46,602 nt of DNA from Octopus bimaculoides (taxonomy: Eukaryota). Positions within the stretch are counted from its first letter, which is position 1; each line of letters opens with the position of its first letter. The stretch spans positions 38,129,132 to 38,175,733 of the forward strand of contig NC_068987.1 of the NCBI RefSeq assembly GCF_001194135.2, written 5' to 3'. The translations under genes were made by a program, and so were the position numbers. Under the pieces are notes generated by a model, which was not told the origin of the DNA, made no database searches, and saw nothing but the letters and a program-made list of their open reading frames with translations. Shown here piece by piece: positions 33,116-46,602 of the stretch.

Positions 33116-36100
33116 CAACGGTGGGTTTTCCTCCAGTGTCGACGATGACCATGCAATTGTTTAACAAGCTGAATTTTTACTCGTGAAATTAGCGTGTAAA
33201 TGGTTGAGTATTCCGCATATATGTGTATCCTTAATGTACTTTTCAGGTCGAATGAGTGTGACACAAGTTGTGTTTTGTACAATATGAAAAAACTAAGTGA
33301 AAAAGAAAGGTTGAGAGAGAAACACACACACACACAGAAAGTGACATAAACAGAGGATCTGATACCATAGCTGGACTGATGGTTTCTGTATCTATTCCGA
33401 AACGATGGAAAGCAAAATGTGACCTGAGCTCAGGATGTTGTGGTTTCGAATAAATACTGCAAGACATTCTATACAACGCATTAACAATTCTGCCAGATCA
33501 TTGGCATTGACCATCAATATAGCTGAGAGAAAATAAGTGAGGGGAGAAACATATGGTTTGGTTTCACGTATGATTCGGTCTCTTATTGGTAGAATCGTTA
33601 ATGACTCATATAAATGCGCTACGATATTTGTTCCCGCTCTCTGCGTTCTGAGTTCAAATACCCCTGAGGATAACTTCGCCTTTCATTCTTTCAAAATCGT
33701 CCACAAAGAAAGTGCGAGCTACGTGCTTGTATAGCTCTCTCTTTCTCTCTCTCTCACACACACACATACTCTCTCTCTCTCTCTCTTTCTCTCTCTCACC
33801 CATACTCACACTCTCTTTTACTCTCTCTTTCTCTCTCTCACCCCCCTATCTCTCCCTCTCTCACTTTCAATGTGACATATCCTAGATGTTTGCTGGGTCA
33901 AAGGTTTGGAGAGTCGGGAGAGTGCTTTTCTCTACTCACGACTACATAAGCTCTGTTTGAGATAAAGGTAAATTTAAAAGCAATAAGCAAGATAGTTAAC
34001 TTTAATGATTATCAGCTTACGAAATTTTTGGAAATAAAGTCGATACATTTTAAGGGTAGGTCTTTAAAACTAACAAATGGAAACAACAAACATGTTTCAA
34101 TACTATTAGATTTCATCAGCGAACCATATGCAGTTTAGTTAGGAAGACGAATAAGTGGTCACTGTATGTATGTGCGTGTGTATAGTTACGTATGCATGCA
34201 TATGTGTGTACATACATACATACATACATACATACATACAATGTAGTCGAGAAAGTAGTGTCACTGTTTCTGATTCAACACTTTTTTCCAAAAATTTCGA
34301 TTGGCTCATAGCATTGGAGCTGTTTTTAAATTAACACGCATGCAAGGAGATTTTGCCAACAAATTACAAAATTGATTAGTCGCACCGGTATCAAGACAAA
34401 GAAATACGTTAGTAAATAGCAAGAATATGCAGTTTAATTTTTACATAGCTTTGTATATCTCCATGGAAATAGGTTAAAATGAAAATATTCTAAAAACAAC
34501 TGATGCAAGAGTTATTGCCCTTAAATTACGCAGCAAACTTTTAGGCAAGTTATAAAGATGAATCAAGTTATCATGCCTTTGTTAAAAAAATCATTCTCAA
34601 TATGTTAATACGATGTCATGATTAGTCGAAGGGAAAGGCAAAGAGCGAGAGAGAAAGAGGGAGTAAGAAAAAGAGGGAGTAAGAAGAAGTGGGAGAGAGA
34701 AATGTTCATGACGTGAGGTAGGAGGAACGTAATATCTACTACGTGGCTAAAAAGTTAATTGAAGGGAGTGATACAGAGAAAGAGGGTTAGAAATACAATA
34801 TTTAGATGTTCTGGTTGTGGTGTTAAACAAAGCAAATAGAGATAGAAAGTGAGAGAGAGAGGGGGGGAGTAATGGCGTCATTGCCAGCCGATGGAAAAAT
34901 TGGAGTGGGGCATGCGTTAGCGTGGATTTTGAAAATTTTTACAAATGATTTGAGCGCACATTTGTCGACCCTAAGCCTATCTTTGGACATTGCAATGAAA
35001 AAGAAACATCGCCATGTAATATTTATACTTAAACCATGGGAATCGATGTAGCTACGACCAATCAGTATACCGAGTGAGGTATCTGCATTTGTTAGACATT
35101 TGTTTTTCTGTTTCAATATTTATTGTCCAGTGTCAAGCGTTTATAAAAGTTGTAGTGAACTTCGCTCACTGTCGAGTCGAGGTATCCGTCAGCCAGGTAA
35201 TTCAATTGAAGATCGTGTTTCTATGTTTTAAAAAAAATGTTGGTAGGTACCAGACTTTTTAAAAAGTGGGACACCGGAAAATTTGTTGTTAAAGAGTGGG
35301 GTACCGGAAAAAATGGTTGGGATACACAGATGTAAAGAGAAGCTGAGAGTCGAATCACTAGAACAAGCATAGGAACGTCAGTGTGTAGAAATGAAAATAT
35401 GAATCAAAGAGTATTGAGTGAGTATTTACAACAAATAAGGAGGCGTGTTCTAGATAAATATAAAATGAAAATGTGAGAAAACGGAAAATAAAACTGTAAA
35501 CACAGTTGAAAGTTACAACATTAATGACATGACTATTCTCTGTAATCATTGCGGAGCTCTTAGATTTGTAAATGAGCCTCTGGACTGCTGAGAGAATTGG
35601 AAAGTGAAGCTCCTTCAATTACAACCTTATCCAGAAGAACTGAAAGGTGTTTTGAAATGGAAATGATGCAGAATATACAATTTATAAGGGAACACTAATT
35701 TTTATGGCTCTAAACTTACAACCATCTCTCGTATTTACCGTGGAATTTCCACAGGTGCTGCTAGGCCGAAATGCGTTACGCTGTCATATGGTTAGCTGGA
35801 GGGAGAGGTGAAGAGAGAGAAAAAGAGGAAGAGAGTTTAACGACGTGAGGTGAGGGCAAAGTAATAGTTATTAGGCTAAGACACTTTCAAGTGGTTTGTT
35901 CAAAAGAGAAAGAGAGAGCACTGGCGCCGAGAGACAAGAGAAAGGGTATTGCTGCTACGGTGTGGTTGGTTAGTTGAAGAAAGTAGAAAGAAAGATATAT
36001 AAACATCTAAAGTACAGGGGTATGTGGTGTACTTGAAACGAGATGTAACGAGAAAGAGAGTGAGTAAGTGTTCACTGAAATGAATGTGGGAATGGAAAGC

Positions 36101-36182
36101 AGTTACATGATGTTAAAAAAATGTCGTATAATAGAATATTGTGACGCAATAAAAAGAAGTTTAGTTGTTGAAGATTTTAATT

Positions 36183-37180
36183 TGTAGTGAAACCTCTCTC
36201 TCGGGCATTCAATCATAAATGATAACGAAGCTGCTAACATCTAGCCTTAGGCTGCCTTGGACCCTTCTGTCCACCATCCTGATTGGTTCTTATTTTTTCG
36301 GCAATTGTCCCCATGTTCTGCTTGCTAGGGGTGGATTACGTCCAATCGTGGTTTTCAGATAAAGTCACGTGAGATAGAGTTTTTCTGGGTTTCCGGTGAG
36401 CTCTGTTTCAGCTATAAATAAGCCCGATCCAACGACGGTAGTCGTCTTCGATTCCAGATCTCTCACAGGTCTGGTCGCTGACCACACATACAGAACACAG
36501 CTACAGCCAGTTCCAGCGCCGACGTCTTCACCACCTATGTACTGTCTACCACAATGTCGTGCGCCAGCAACCCCACCACCAGGTACACACCAATATCAAC
36601 ACACTCAGTTTTATANNNNNNNNNNNNNNNNNNNNNNNNNNNNNNNNNNNNNNNNNNNNNNNNNNNNNNNNNNNNNNNNNNNNNNNNNNNNNNNNNNNNN
36701 NNNNNNNNNNNNNNNNNNNNNNNNNNNNNNNNNNNNNNNNNNNNNNNNNNNNNNNNNNNNNNNNNNACTTGTAGTCTATGTTACAGACACTCTTTCTATG
36801 TTCTGTGTTCCTCTCATTCACATGCACACTTGTACTCTCACATATTGTACACACACTATTGTTTATACGACTGTCCGTTACTTCACATTGTTGTATACAT
36901 TCTCCTGTACACGAAGGCCTGACTTATCTACTGTGTTATTTATATATGTTGCATGCACGCTCACAGACACAAACAGTTTCACTATGTTAATAAACTTACT
37001 CTCTCTATATATATCGGTTGTCTGTCCTAAGTTCTTTTACTGACACTATGGCTCGTATCTCTCACGACGAGCCTTCTATCTTATATATCTTATTTTGTGT
37101 TCGACCATGCGACATGGTAAAAAGGAGCCTTTTCCGTCTACGTCGCCATCTCCTTTGGTTCGCACGGTCGAATTATTACA
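36183..37180 (+). mobile_element. Solo LTR with 4-bp TSD (Gypsy-type)
   Basis: TGTAGTG...TTACA flanked by AATT on both sides (36179-82 and 37181-84). CCAAT at 36342, GTCACGTG at 36364, TATAAATA at 36413, AATAAA near 36989. Confidence 0.8.
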
Positions 37181-37545
37181 AATTATTTGATTTGTTTGTC
37201 TGTATTGTTAGAGTAGACAGAAACATACATTGACAGAAATTTAAGTAGAATATGATAGATACATAGACAAACAGACAGACAGATCGAGCGATTGATTGAT
37301 TGATTGCCCCTTCAATACTGCCTCTGTGGAATTTTACATTTTCTCAAGAATCAAATGTATCAGAAAAATATACAATTTCATCATGCAATTTTCAAATTAA
37401 CTGCGGAAATTCTATGGGTATTGCTAGTTTTTTATTATTATCCTTCTTGTGTCACCAAAAATTAGGTCATTTGATTCAACTATCAAATTTAGTCGTATTA
37501 TTTCCTTCCCATGCATAAGGGCCATGCTAATCTCTGTATCGAAGC

Positions 37546-37755
37546 AAGGTGGTGAGCTGGCAGAATCGTTAGTACGCTGGACGAAATGTTTAGTGACATT
37601 TCTTCTGTCCTTTTACGTTCCAAGTTCAAATTTTGCTGAAGTCGACTTTACATTTCAATCTTTTGAGTCGATAAAATAAGTACCAGTTAAGCACTAAGTA
37701 ATTGACGTCTCCACTCCCTCAAAAATGTTGGGCTTTGTGCCTATGGTAGGAAAAA
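37546..37755 (+). mobile_element. Family A SINE
   Basis: AAGGTGGTGAGCTGGCAGAATCGTTAG...AAGTTCAAATTT. Confidence 0.82.
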
Positions 37756-37959
37756 TTATTTCCTGTTCATGAGTAACAATTTAAACCCATATGTGTGCGT
37801 ACGTGCACATAAATACATACATACACACACACACACACACTCACACACACACACACACACACAGGCATATAAATATATATGCACTATACATATGTATACG
37901 TAAATACATACATACATGCAGGCAGGCAGGCAAGTAAACAGAGGGAATGACGACAGATC

Positions 37960-40290
37960 GTCAGTCAATCGTAGCTTCAACAAAAATAATATCAGTAAAA
38001 AGCATCCCAACAACAGAACAAGTTGAAAACTACTGGAGATCAACAAGGGAAAGGAATGATGAATTCAACAAAAACTGAATGGATAGACGAATTAGAACAA
38101 GAAAACTGTAAGTTTGTTGTATAAAAACTTTACAAAATTGATGGTGCAGTATAAAAAACAACCTTGAAAAAATACCAAAGAGGAAATCCTTAGGCTCAGA
38201 TCTTATAGGATATTTGTTCAAAAATTTAAACTTTTATCTGCGAGATTTTAATAACACCTATTAGAAAGGTATCAAGGGCACGTTCACGTACTCACATGGA
38301 TATCAGCGATCATTACTCTTTTAGGAGAGTGGGTTATATATCTTCAGATATACACCTAACTTTCCTATATTAAATTGGAAGAGAACTGAACGCAGAAACT
38401 CCAAACTGATCAACAACAACAAATATTTATTGTACGGTGGAAAATAAAACAGCTACCAATCGTCCGGTTTTAGAGTAGCCTGAAATGTAGATATACGGTT
38501 CCTCGAGCTTGTGTCGTTGTGGAGACAACTTGGTTCAACCACAACTCAAATGGGAGAGCCTGCTTAGACGTCTTGCTTGGTCGCTCTCTGGCTTGGTAAA
38601 GAGACAGTCTAATAGCGGGAACGCTTCGATGTTGAAAACCCACGCATGCGTGGTTAAGGATTCAGCAATGGTGCCTATGCCTTTTGGCGCCAATATGACG
38701 TCACTACACTCTTCTTAGCCCCACATATAGCCAAATAGCCAAAACTAGGTGCCTCAGTCTGTTTCTGCATGATTAATATGGTTTCGACAATATAACTCCT
38801 GAACAAGCTGGATAAAAAAAGGGAGTATGAGATTCAATTATTTAATTAATAAAATGATACAAGAAAACACTATAAAGAACTGTAGAAACTGAGAATGGTA
38901 TGACTGGACAACCAAAAACCCTTTAACAATATACGACACGGATTATCAAAACAATGCAATTAACTGAAATTCTACCACCTTTAGTAGCTGTCATCCACCA
39001 CCTAACCAAAACTTGGCGCACATCCCTACTGACAAGCGACAACGAATACATTAAATCTGACATCAAACACTACAAAAGAAGACCAGCAAGAGTGATGCTG
39101 ATATAAATGTGGGATCTTTTTTAAAACGGGGGCCACATTTTTCATTAACGAAACACTTTGAAACTTGGAACACTGGTAGAATGTGTCATATAAAACATCT
39201 TTTTCTCTTAGTCTTCATAAAAAAAAAAGAAATCCATAAATTATTCCATGTTAAAGTTGTCGTATTTCAGTAATTTCAACCAATCACTGACGTCCATTCA
39301 GCCGATATACATTAAGTGCCGACTACATAAACAAACGATTCTGAAACAATTAACCCTAACCCTAACCCTAACCCTAGGGTTAGGGTTAAAGCAAATTTAA
39401 AATGAAAAAAGCAAATAAAACGAAGGTATGGAGATTAAATACGCTTTACATCGCTTAATCAGCCAAGGAGTAAATATAAACAACTGAATACTTGTCAGTG
39501 ATTGGTTGAAATTATCGAAATAAGACAATTTTTTACATGAAATAAATTCGAATCCAAAAATATTTTTCTGTTCTATAACACAAAATAGATAAGTATACGA
39601 AGTTTGAAAGTCTTTCGCTACCAAAAACACTACGTAAAACATTAATGAAAAATGTGGCCCCCGTTTTAAAAAAGATCCTAAATGTGACCTATCAGTGGTT
39701 GGTTGTGTCTGATCTTAAATCAGAAGCAGAGGTTTTCATTATAATAGCTTAGCATCGATGCTTACTAGCGAGAAATTATTGAGCTGGCATATTCAAAAAT
39801 GTCACTGGCCCTTTCTGTCGCTTTTGTGGTATACACAGAGAAGAATCAACCACCAGGCCTTTGGCTATGGTTCGTTTAGTCTCGACTGAGTACACTAATA
39901 GTTTTGTTAAACTTGGTTAGTACTGACACTGGATCATATGCCGTCAGTTTCGACTTCCATATGAAAAGAACTAGAACTAAAGTGATCAGGCTATTGAGAC
40001 TATTAGACCAAATACTGTGATGAAACATCATAGGAACAAAACATTCCAGCAGACTGAAAAAAAAGACCTCTCTGAAAACATTCGAAAAGCAGAGCAAATA
40101 TAAGGACATTGAAACAAACAGAGATCTCAAAAATACGGCATCGAAAACCAGCTAATGTATCTGTGATCATTGGGACTTTGTGGGATGATATCAAATGGTG
40201 CTCTTAAACACTATGATGAAATGCCAGGAAAATCAAAACCTCCAGAACAACAAAAAATTGGTCCCATAGGCATAGACCACATTCTAAGAA
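37960..40290 (+). mobile_element. Highly decayed R4/Dong-clade LINE fragments interrupted by other insertions
   Basis: IPTTEQVENYWRS, KRKSLGSDLIG, and an RLE end (KYKDIE...SVIIG...HILRKSLS) across frameshifts. Confidence 0.6.
39112..39678 (-). mobile_element. Second copy of the telomere-palindrome Merlin-like MITE, inverted relative to 12835-13438
   Basis: GGATC...GATCC TIRs and 8-bp TSD TAAATGTG (39104-11 and 39679-86). Shorter central CCCTAA/TTAGGG array. Confidence 0.9.
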
Positions 40291-40670
40291 AATCCCTGTC
40301 AACACGAAAATATGAAAACCTTTAAAATATTACAATTGATAAACATGATTTTCACCCAGTGGCTTGGGTGTAAATGCAATTTGCGAGAAGTTTGCGTAAC
40401 AGAAACGTGCGTCGGACACATTTTAAATTAAATATGCAGTATAAATGTATTAATCTCCGTATTCATTTGATATACGCTCGGTATACTATAAGTAATCCTG
40501 TGAAGCGAACCCAGGATTTACCCATCGGATGAAATACATTGAGATTGCCAACATCAAGTAGTCCTAAGTGCTCCTTACCACTCGATTCGGTTAGCCACAA
40601 CCTGGATTATAACTGAGAGCTGGAACGGTACCTATCTGGTTAATCTAGCCCTATCTATTCACTATATTGC

Positions 40671-40696
<26 letters not shown>

Positions 40697-40701
<5 letters not shown>

Positions 40702-41084
40702 TGTATGTAGCACTCCGTCGGTTACGACGACGATGGTTCCAGTTGATCCGATCAACGGAACAGCCTGCTCATGAAATTATTGTGCAAGTGACTGAGCAAT
40801 CCACAGACACGCGTACCCTTAACGTAGTTCTCGGGGAGATTCAGCGTGATACAGAGTGACAAGGCTGGCCCTTTGAAATAGAGGTACAACAGAAACAGGA
40901 AGTAAGAGTGAGAGAAAGTTGTGGTGAAAGAGTACAGCAGTGTTCGCCACCACCCCCTGCTGGAGTCTCGTGGAGCTTTAGGTGTTTTCGCTCAATAAAC
41001 GCTCACAACGCCCGGTCTGGGAATCGAAACTGCGATCCTACGACCGCGAATCCGCTGCCCTAACCACTGGGCCATTGCGCCTTC
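40697..41084 (-). mobile_element. tRNA-derived SINE, family C
   Basis: Minus-strand head GAAGGCGCAATGGCCCAGTGGTTAGGGCAGCGG...AGTTTCGATTCCCAGACCGGGCG (A and B boxes), ending at a (ACAT)n tail. Confidence 0.85.
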
Positions 41085-41399
41085 ACTGTGTGTATGTCAT
41101 TGTTCAGTTTTATTTCAAGATTCCTTACCAATAGAGAAAGAGCTGGTTTCTAACCTAGATCCAAAGCTCCTTCGTTGGAATTTCAATATCAACATGGTAT
41201 TTTTGCATGTATGTGTGTATATGTGCAGTATTTGGAATCAGTGCATGTGTAGATTTGTATGTTTTTGTTTTACGTATGTCTTCTCATGCATATACTTGCA
41301 TATCTGGACATGCTCATACATACGTAGATAATAAATGTCTGGAAAGTTTTACAGATTTGTACAGTTCCAGTGATGGATTGGATCTGTAGTCTTCGAATC

Positions 41400-41935
41400 A
41401 GTTTTCCCCTTTCTGATTTTAAGAAGCCTAATTTCTCAAGATCCATGATAGACTGCTTTCAAGATCAATGTTACTATGATTCCGGAGATTTCTAATAACA
41501 TATCCAGGCATGGTCTTCTACTGCTATACGCTCTGATAATACGTTGCGGTAGAGTCGTGCGACTTCTTTGGGAATGTATTCAAGGTTACCAGACATGGAA
41601 TGCTGCTCAAGGAGCTGCTTTCCAAGTCTCATGATGTTATCTGCCTCGTGTGTGCAAACTTGGTCAAATGATGCACTTCGACACTTGTTGGTTAAAAGAT
41701 GTTGCCAAAGAAATATATGACATTCAAAGGTAGTCTGGATCGATGTTAAGCCTATGTCTCCTTGTCTTCGTTTTAGGTAGAGGCGGTCTATGTCACTGTT
41801 GACGTGGAAATTATGTGTGCTGCTTGGTATCTTCCGGATTTTTTACATCAGTGGCTCGGATCTCATCAAGCAGCCCAAATGATGATATGAGTACTGGTAC
41901 TGCAAACACATCGTGAGTCACTGTTTTATTGAATG
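41400..41935 (-). mobile_element. R4/Dong-clade LINE fragment (post-RT region)
   Basis: Minus strand: DVFAVPVLISSFGLLDEIRATDVKIRK...FHVNSDIDRLYLKRRQGDIGL. Confidence 0.75.
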
Positions 41936-42434
41936 CAGATAGTTACGAGGTTCATATTTTCTTTATCCGGCTGTAATATTCTTTAGTGATACGTATCTTG
42001 TTAGAAAGATATATTTTTACCAATTCATGAAGGGTCGAAACGATCGTAGTAAATGATAAAGAGTCCCGTGAATTCCATTTTCATACTCTCATATTTTATA
42101 AACTCTACGGACATGAAGGAATTCCTGAAGTAAATTTAGTGGCAAATACCTTCATACCACTTATGACATCAGGTAGCCGAATACTGTGAACAGGCTTTAA
42201 ACGGCATTCTACAAGGTGTGTACCCGAGTATAGAATTATTAGCATGTATGTATGTATGTATGTATGTATGTATGTATGTATGTATGCATGCATGCATGCA
42301 TGTATGTATGTATGTAATAAATAAATAAATAAACATCTATTGTATTAATGGCTCAGCAGAAATTCAATTTACTACTCATTATTTGTAGTTTGTACTCAAT
42401 ACTTCAACCAATTGTTTGAAAAATAATTTGAAGA

Positions 42435-42775
42435 AGTGACTGTGTAGTAAGCAGCTTGCTTACCAACCACATGGTTCCGGGTTCAGTCTCACTGCATGGC
42501 ACCTTGAGCAAGTGTCTTCTATTATAGCCTCGGGCCGACCAAAGCCTTCTGAGTCCGGAAACTGAAAGAAGCCCGTCGTGTGTGTGTGTGTATTTGTCTC
42601 CCTAACATCGCCTGACAACCGATGCTGATGTGTTTACCGAAGAATAGAACAGAAATAAAAGAACGATAGAATAAGTACTAGGCTTACAAAGAATAAGTCT
42701 TGGGTTCGATTTGCTCGACTAGGCGCTGCTCCAGCATGGCCGCAGTCAAATGACTGAAACAGATAAAAGAATAAT
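42435..42775 (+). mobile_element. Family B (CORE-like) SINE
   Basis: GGTTCAGTCTCACTGCATGGCACCTTGAGCAAGTGTCTTCTATTATAGCCTCGGGCCGACCAAAGCC...GAAACAGATAAAAGAATAA. Confidence 0.88.
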
Positions 42776-44091
42776 AGGAATATTTGCAATAAAAATTTAA
42801 TTTCGNNNNNNNNNNNNNNNNNNNNNNNNNNNNNNNNNNNNNNNNNNNNNNNNNNNNNNNNNNNNNNNNNNNNNNNNNNNNNNNNNNNNNNNNNNNNNNN
42901 NNNNNNNNNNNNNNNNNNNNNNNNNNNNNNNNNNNNNNNNNNNNNNNNNNNNNNNNNNNNNNNNNNNNNNNNNNNNNNNNNNNNNNNNNNNNNNNNNNNN
43001 NNNNNNNNNNNNNNNNNNNNNNNNNNNNNNNNNNNNNNNNNNNNNNNNNNNNNNNNNNNNNNNNNNNNNNNNNNNNNNNNNNNNNNNNNNNNNNNNNNNN
43101 NNNNNNNNNNNNNNNNNNNNNNNNNNNNNNNNNNNNNNNNNNNNNNNNNNNNNNNNNNNNNNNNNNNNNNNNNNNNNNNNNNNNNNNNNNNNNNNNNNNN
43201 NNNNNNNNNNNNNNNNNNNNNNNNNNNNNNNNNNNNNNNNNNNNNNNNNNNNNNNNNNNNNNNNNNNNNNNNNNNNNNNNNNNNNNNNNNNNNNNNNNNN
43301 NNNNNNNNNNNNNNNNNNNNNNNNNNNNNNNNNNNNNNNNNNNNNNNNNNNNNNNNNNNNNNNNNNNNNNNNNNNNNNNNNNNNNNNNNNNNNNNNNNNN
43401 NNNNNNNNNNNNNNNNNNNNNNNNNNNNNNNNNNNNNNNNNNNNNNNNNNNNNNNNNNNNNNNNNNNNNNNNNNNNNNNNNNNNNNNNNNNNNNNNNNNN
43501 NNNNNNNNNNNNNNNNNNNNNNNNNNNNNNNNNNNNNNNNNNNNNNNNNNNNNNNNNNNNNNNNNNNNNNNNNNNNNNNNNNNNNNNNNNNNNNNNNNNN
43601 NNNNNNNNNNNNNNNNNNNNNNNNNNNNNNNTTCTTCGGTAAAAATAAATATTTTAGTGTTTCATGTATTTTTGGCTGATAAATTCAGTTGTCTTGCACT
43701 TGTAATTGCAGATATAAAATAGGATTACGATGAAATAAGTTGAAGATAAAACTAACACAATTAAATTATTGTTTCTAATTTTGGCACAAGGCCTGCAATT
43801 TCTGAGGGGGAGGGGTTAATCGATTGCATCAACTATATTTTATCGATGCCGAAAAGAAGTGAAGCAAATTTGTCCTCAGTGGTGATTTGAATTTAGAATG
43901 TAAAGAGCCAAAATAAATAACGCCAGGCATTTCCCCGCCGCTTCATGAATTAATAATAAAAATAACAACAATAATAAATATTTTGGCATATCTTCGCTAT
44001 ATTTTTTAATATTCGTGTTTAAATACTTAGGTATTTATGATTTGTTCGTTTTTTTTTGGTTTTTTTTTCTCTTCTAATTTTTATACTATTA

Positions 44092-44258
44092 CATCCGTCT
44101 TGTGAGACAATGTAATAGTAAAAATTTACGGGAAAAGGGTACGGAATTGGGGGACTAAAATTCTGTCGTAAAAGGGAAGAACCACCCAGCTCCTTGCTCT
44201 TTCCCATGGAGTAGTGACAGCTATTCTGACAGTTTGCCACGCTCTCACAAGACGTGTG
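44092..44258. mobile_element. Small MITE with ~17-bp TIR and TA flanks
   Basis: TA|CATCCGTCTTGTGAGA ... TCTCACAAGACGTGTG|TA. Confidence 0.55.
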
Positions 44259-45149
44259 TAATTTTAAGATTACCTTTTGTTGTTAGTAGTAGTAGTTGCT
44301 TCGGCACCACATATAATAAACTTATTATAATTATTTGCATTAATTGATTGTTATTTTTTTTTTAACTGTTAAATTTTCTGTTTCCCGTTTCTGTACTTGC
44401 TAATGTCACTGGGAGTAGCATTAACATCACAACCTCCTATTTCTGTCTGAGAGTCCTTAGGTATTAAAATTGCACTGATCATATGCATATCTGAGTGTAT
44501 GTCTCTTGTAAAAGGGGTGCTGTCTACAACACGTGTGTGTGTATAGTGGAAGTCGACTTGTGATTTACTTAAGACTCACTTCTTAAACTCATTTCATTCT
44601 AAGAAAATATTGACATTTGGTTTCTTTATTGCTGATAATGTGTCATATGGCTCTTAAGGCCTGCAAGGACTTGCAAATCATTCTACATTGATTACAATTT
44701 TGTCAGGCTACTGCTAGGAAACTATTTCAATGTTGACATTATAAAGCTGTATGAGTCTACTGGCTGACCTACACACTTATATGAGAAATCGTGCTGAATA
44801 TCACATTGGTAGACGAGAGTAACGCCACCATAGAAACATGGTTACCCGAGTCGGACAGACAGAGATGGTGGCGACATAACAGAGTGTACCCTCAAAATAC
44901 AAGGCGGTGAAGGTAAATGGAGAGGTAGGGTTAGACAGTGTACGTCAACAGGGTGTTCACGATAGGGCAAAGGTGGGGAGGAGAGGGAAAAGGGAATGCA
45001 GTGAGTGGTGAAACACAGATATATAGGTGAAGCGACAGGATAGCAATGATACAGATGGCAGGGGGAGGACAGGAGAGAGAGAGAGATGACAGAATGAGTT
45101 GGGCTTCAGAATTAGAAGAGGGAGACAAGGGGTTTGTGAATTAATATAT

Positions 45150-45300
45150 TAATATAAAGTTGGTTTCAAATTTTGGTACAAGACCAGTAAGTTCGGTGGG
45201 GAGAGGCAAGTTGATTACATTGACCTCAGTGCTCAACTGGTACTTATTTTATTGACCCCATAAGGATGTAGGGCAAAGTCAACCCCAGCAGAATTTGATA
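45150..45300 (-). mobile_element. Degenerate family A SINE
   Basis: TGGTACTTATTTTATTGACCCCATAAGGATGTAGGGCAAAGTCAACC. Confidence 0.7.
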
Positions 45301-45399
45301 AGCATTTCAATATTAATATTAGATGTGGGTGGAAAACTCAACGCTTCCAGGATTCATTTTTGCTGAGGTAGGCAGGTCTTCTCAAGAACCTTATATTAC

Positions 45400-46305
45400 C
45401 TGACGTCTCAGTCTATTGTCGTCTCCTCTATGAGGCTCTCACTATTTAATTTCATGCCTTCTTGTATCATCCTCATCAGTTTTAAACAATTGTCACTTTA
45501 TACTGCTGTCTTCATATGCATCACATGTCCAAACTATCATAATCTCTCTTGTGTGCTACATCTGATTTCTCTTATACCCAACTTTTCACTCAGCACATTT
45601 GCGCTTTGTTGTACATGCACACCGATGTAGCACATCCATTGTAGCATACTAGCATCATTTATTCTCTAATCTACACATGTCCTCTGTATTCGCGGCTCAC
45701 ATCTCACTACAAGCATCATATCTACCTTCTACTCTGAATGGGATGCCGTTTGTTGCCAAGAGAGGTAATAGCTCTCTAAATTTCCTCCATCCTATTATTC
45801 TAGGAACAACACTTTCTGAACATCCTCCTCCACAGCTGATATATTCACCAAGGTAACAGACACTGTCTACAACCTCAAGAGAGTCTCTTAGGCATTTGAG
45901 AAAGTCTAATTCCAATGTGTTCTTAGTGCTTATGTTCATGCACATCTGCTGTATAAGAAAGATGGTTTTCCCTGACAACCTGCCTGTGATTCCACCTCAT
46001 GTGTCCATAGCTTAAAATAATTGCAATGAATGGAATTCCTTCCAACACCTTTCCTACAAATGGAGCAGGGCCAGTTACCTGAGGAAAAGTCTTATTTGTT
46101 TTTTGGCTAACAAGAACTTTGGTCTTCAGTAGATGCTTTAAGGCCCTTTGATTCCAGGTTTTGCTTCCATCCCCAGAATTTCTTTTCTTGTTCTACTACA
46201 GATCCCACTATAAGAGTGAAGTCATCAGCATATAGTAGTTCCTACAAGCAATCAATTTAAAGTTCTTCTGTTATGGCCTGGAGGACTATCATGAGTAAGA
46301 GAGGA
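45400..46305 (-). mobile_element. RTE-clade LINE fragment (RT and post-RT)
   Basis: Minus strand: SPLLLMIVLQAITEEL, ELLYADDFTL, LEVVDSVCYLGEYISCGGGCSESVVPRIIGWRKFRELLPLL. Confidence 0.88.
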
Positions 46306-46570
46306 CTGAGAACTATATTTACACACACATACACACACACACACATGCATGTTCATAAATATATATTCTTTTACTTGTTTCAGTCATTTCACTACAGCCA
46401 TGCTGAAGTACTGCCTTAAAAAGTTTTTAATCAAAGAAATTCATCTGAGGACTTCTTATTCATAAGCCTAGTACTTATTTTATCAGTTTCTTGAACTCAA
46501 CTGCTACATTATAGGGACATACACACACGAACATCAGTTGTCAAGTGATGGAGGAGGGGAACATACACAC

Positions 46571-46602
<32 letters not shown>

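Noticed and set aside
41010-41084. tRNA gene (also SINE heads at 12057 and 26299)
   Set aside because: A and B boxes are present, but there is no full cloverleaf and each continues into a SINE body.

Overview
Gapped, AT-rich, microsatellite- and SINE-dense eukaryotic scaffold. The repeat families look like those of an octopus genome (inferred). The one host gene I can reconstruct is the 3' part of a transmembrane channel-like (TMC, TMC7-like) gene on the + strand. It has six GT-AG exons (8161-8259, 10097-10172, 11884-12014, 15459-15614, 18885-18963, 20912-21043) that splice in frame into about 224 C-terminal residues. None of these exons is correctly recovered by the ORF track. The most striking structure is an intronic mariner transposon (9100-10033, TA TSD) whose central transposase region has been replaced by a spliceable-looking copy (9511-9586) of the neighbouring TMC exon, which lies 63 bp outside the element. 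The rest is transposon landscape: several decayed R4/Dong-clade LINEs, RTE, HERO-like and Penelope remnants, three tRNA-SINE families, two related LTRs, foldback MITEs, and Merlin-like MITEs carrying telomeric TTAGGG arrays, one family as a nested palindrome. All ORFs spanning N-runs are artefacts.
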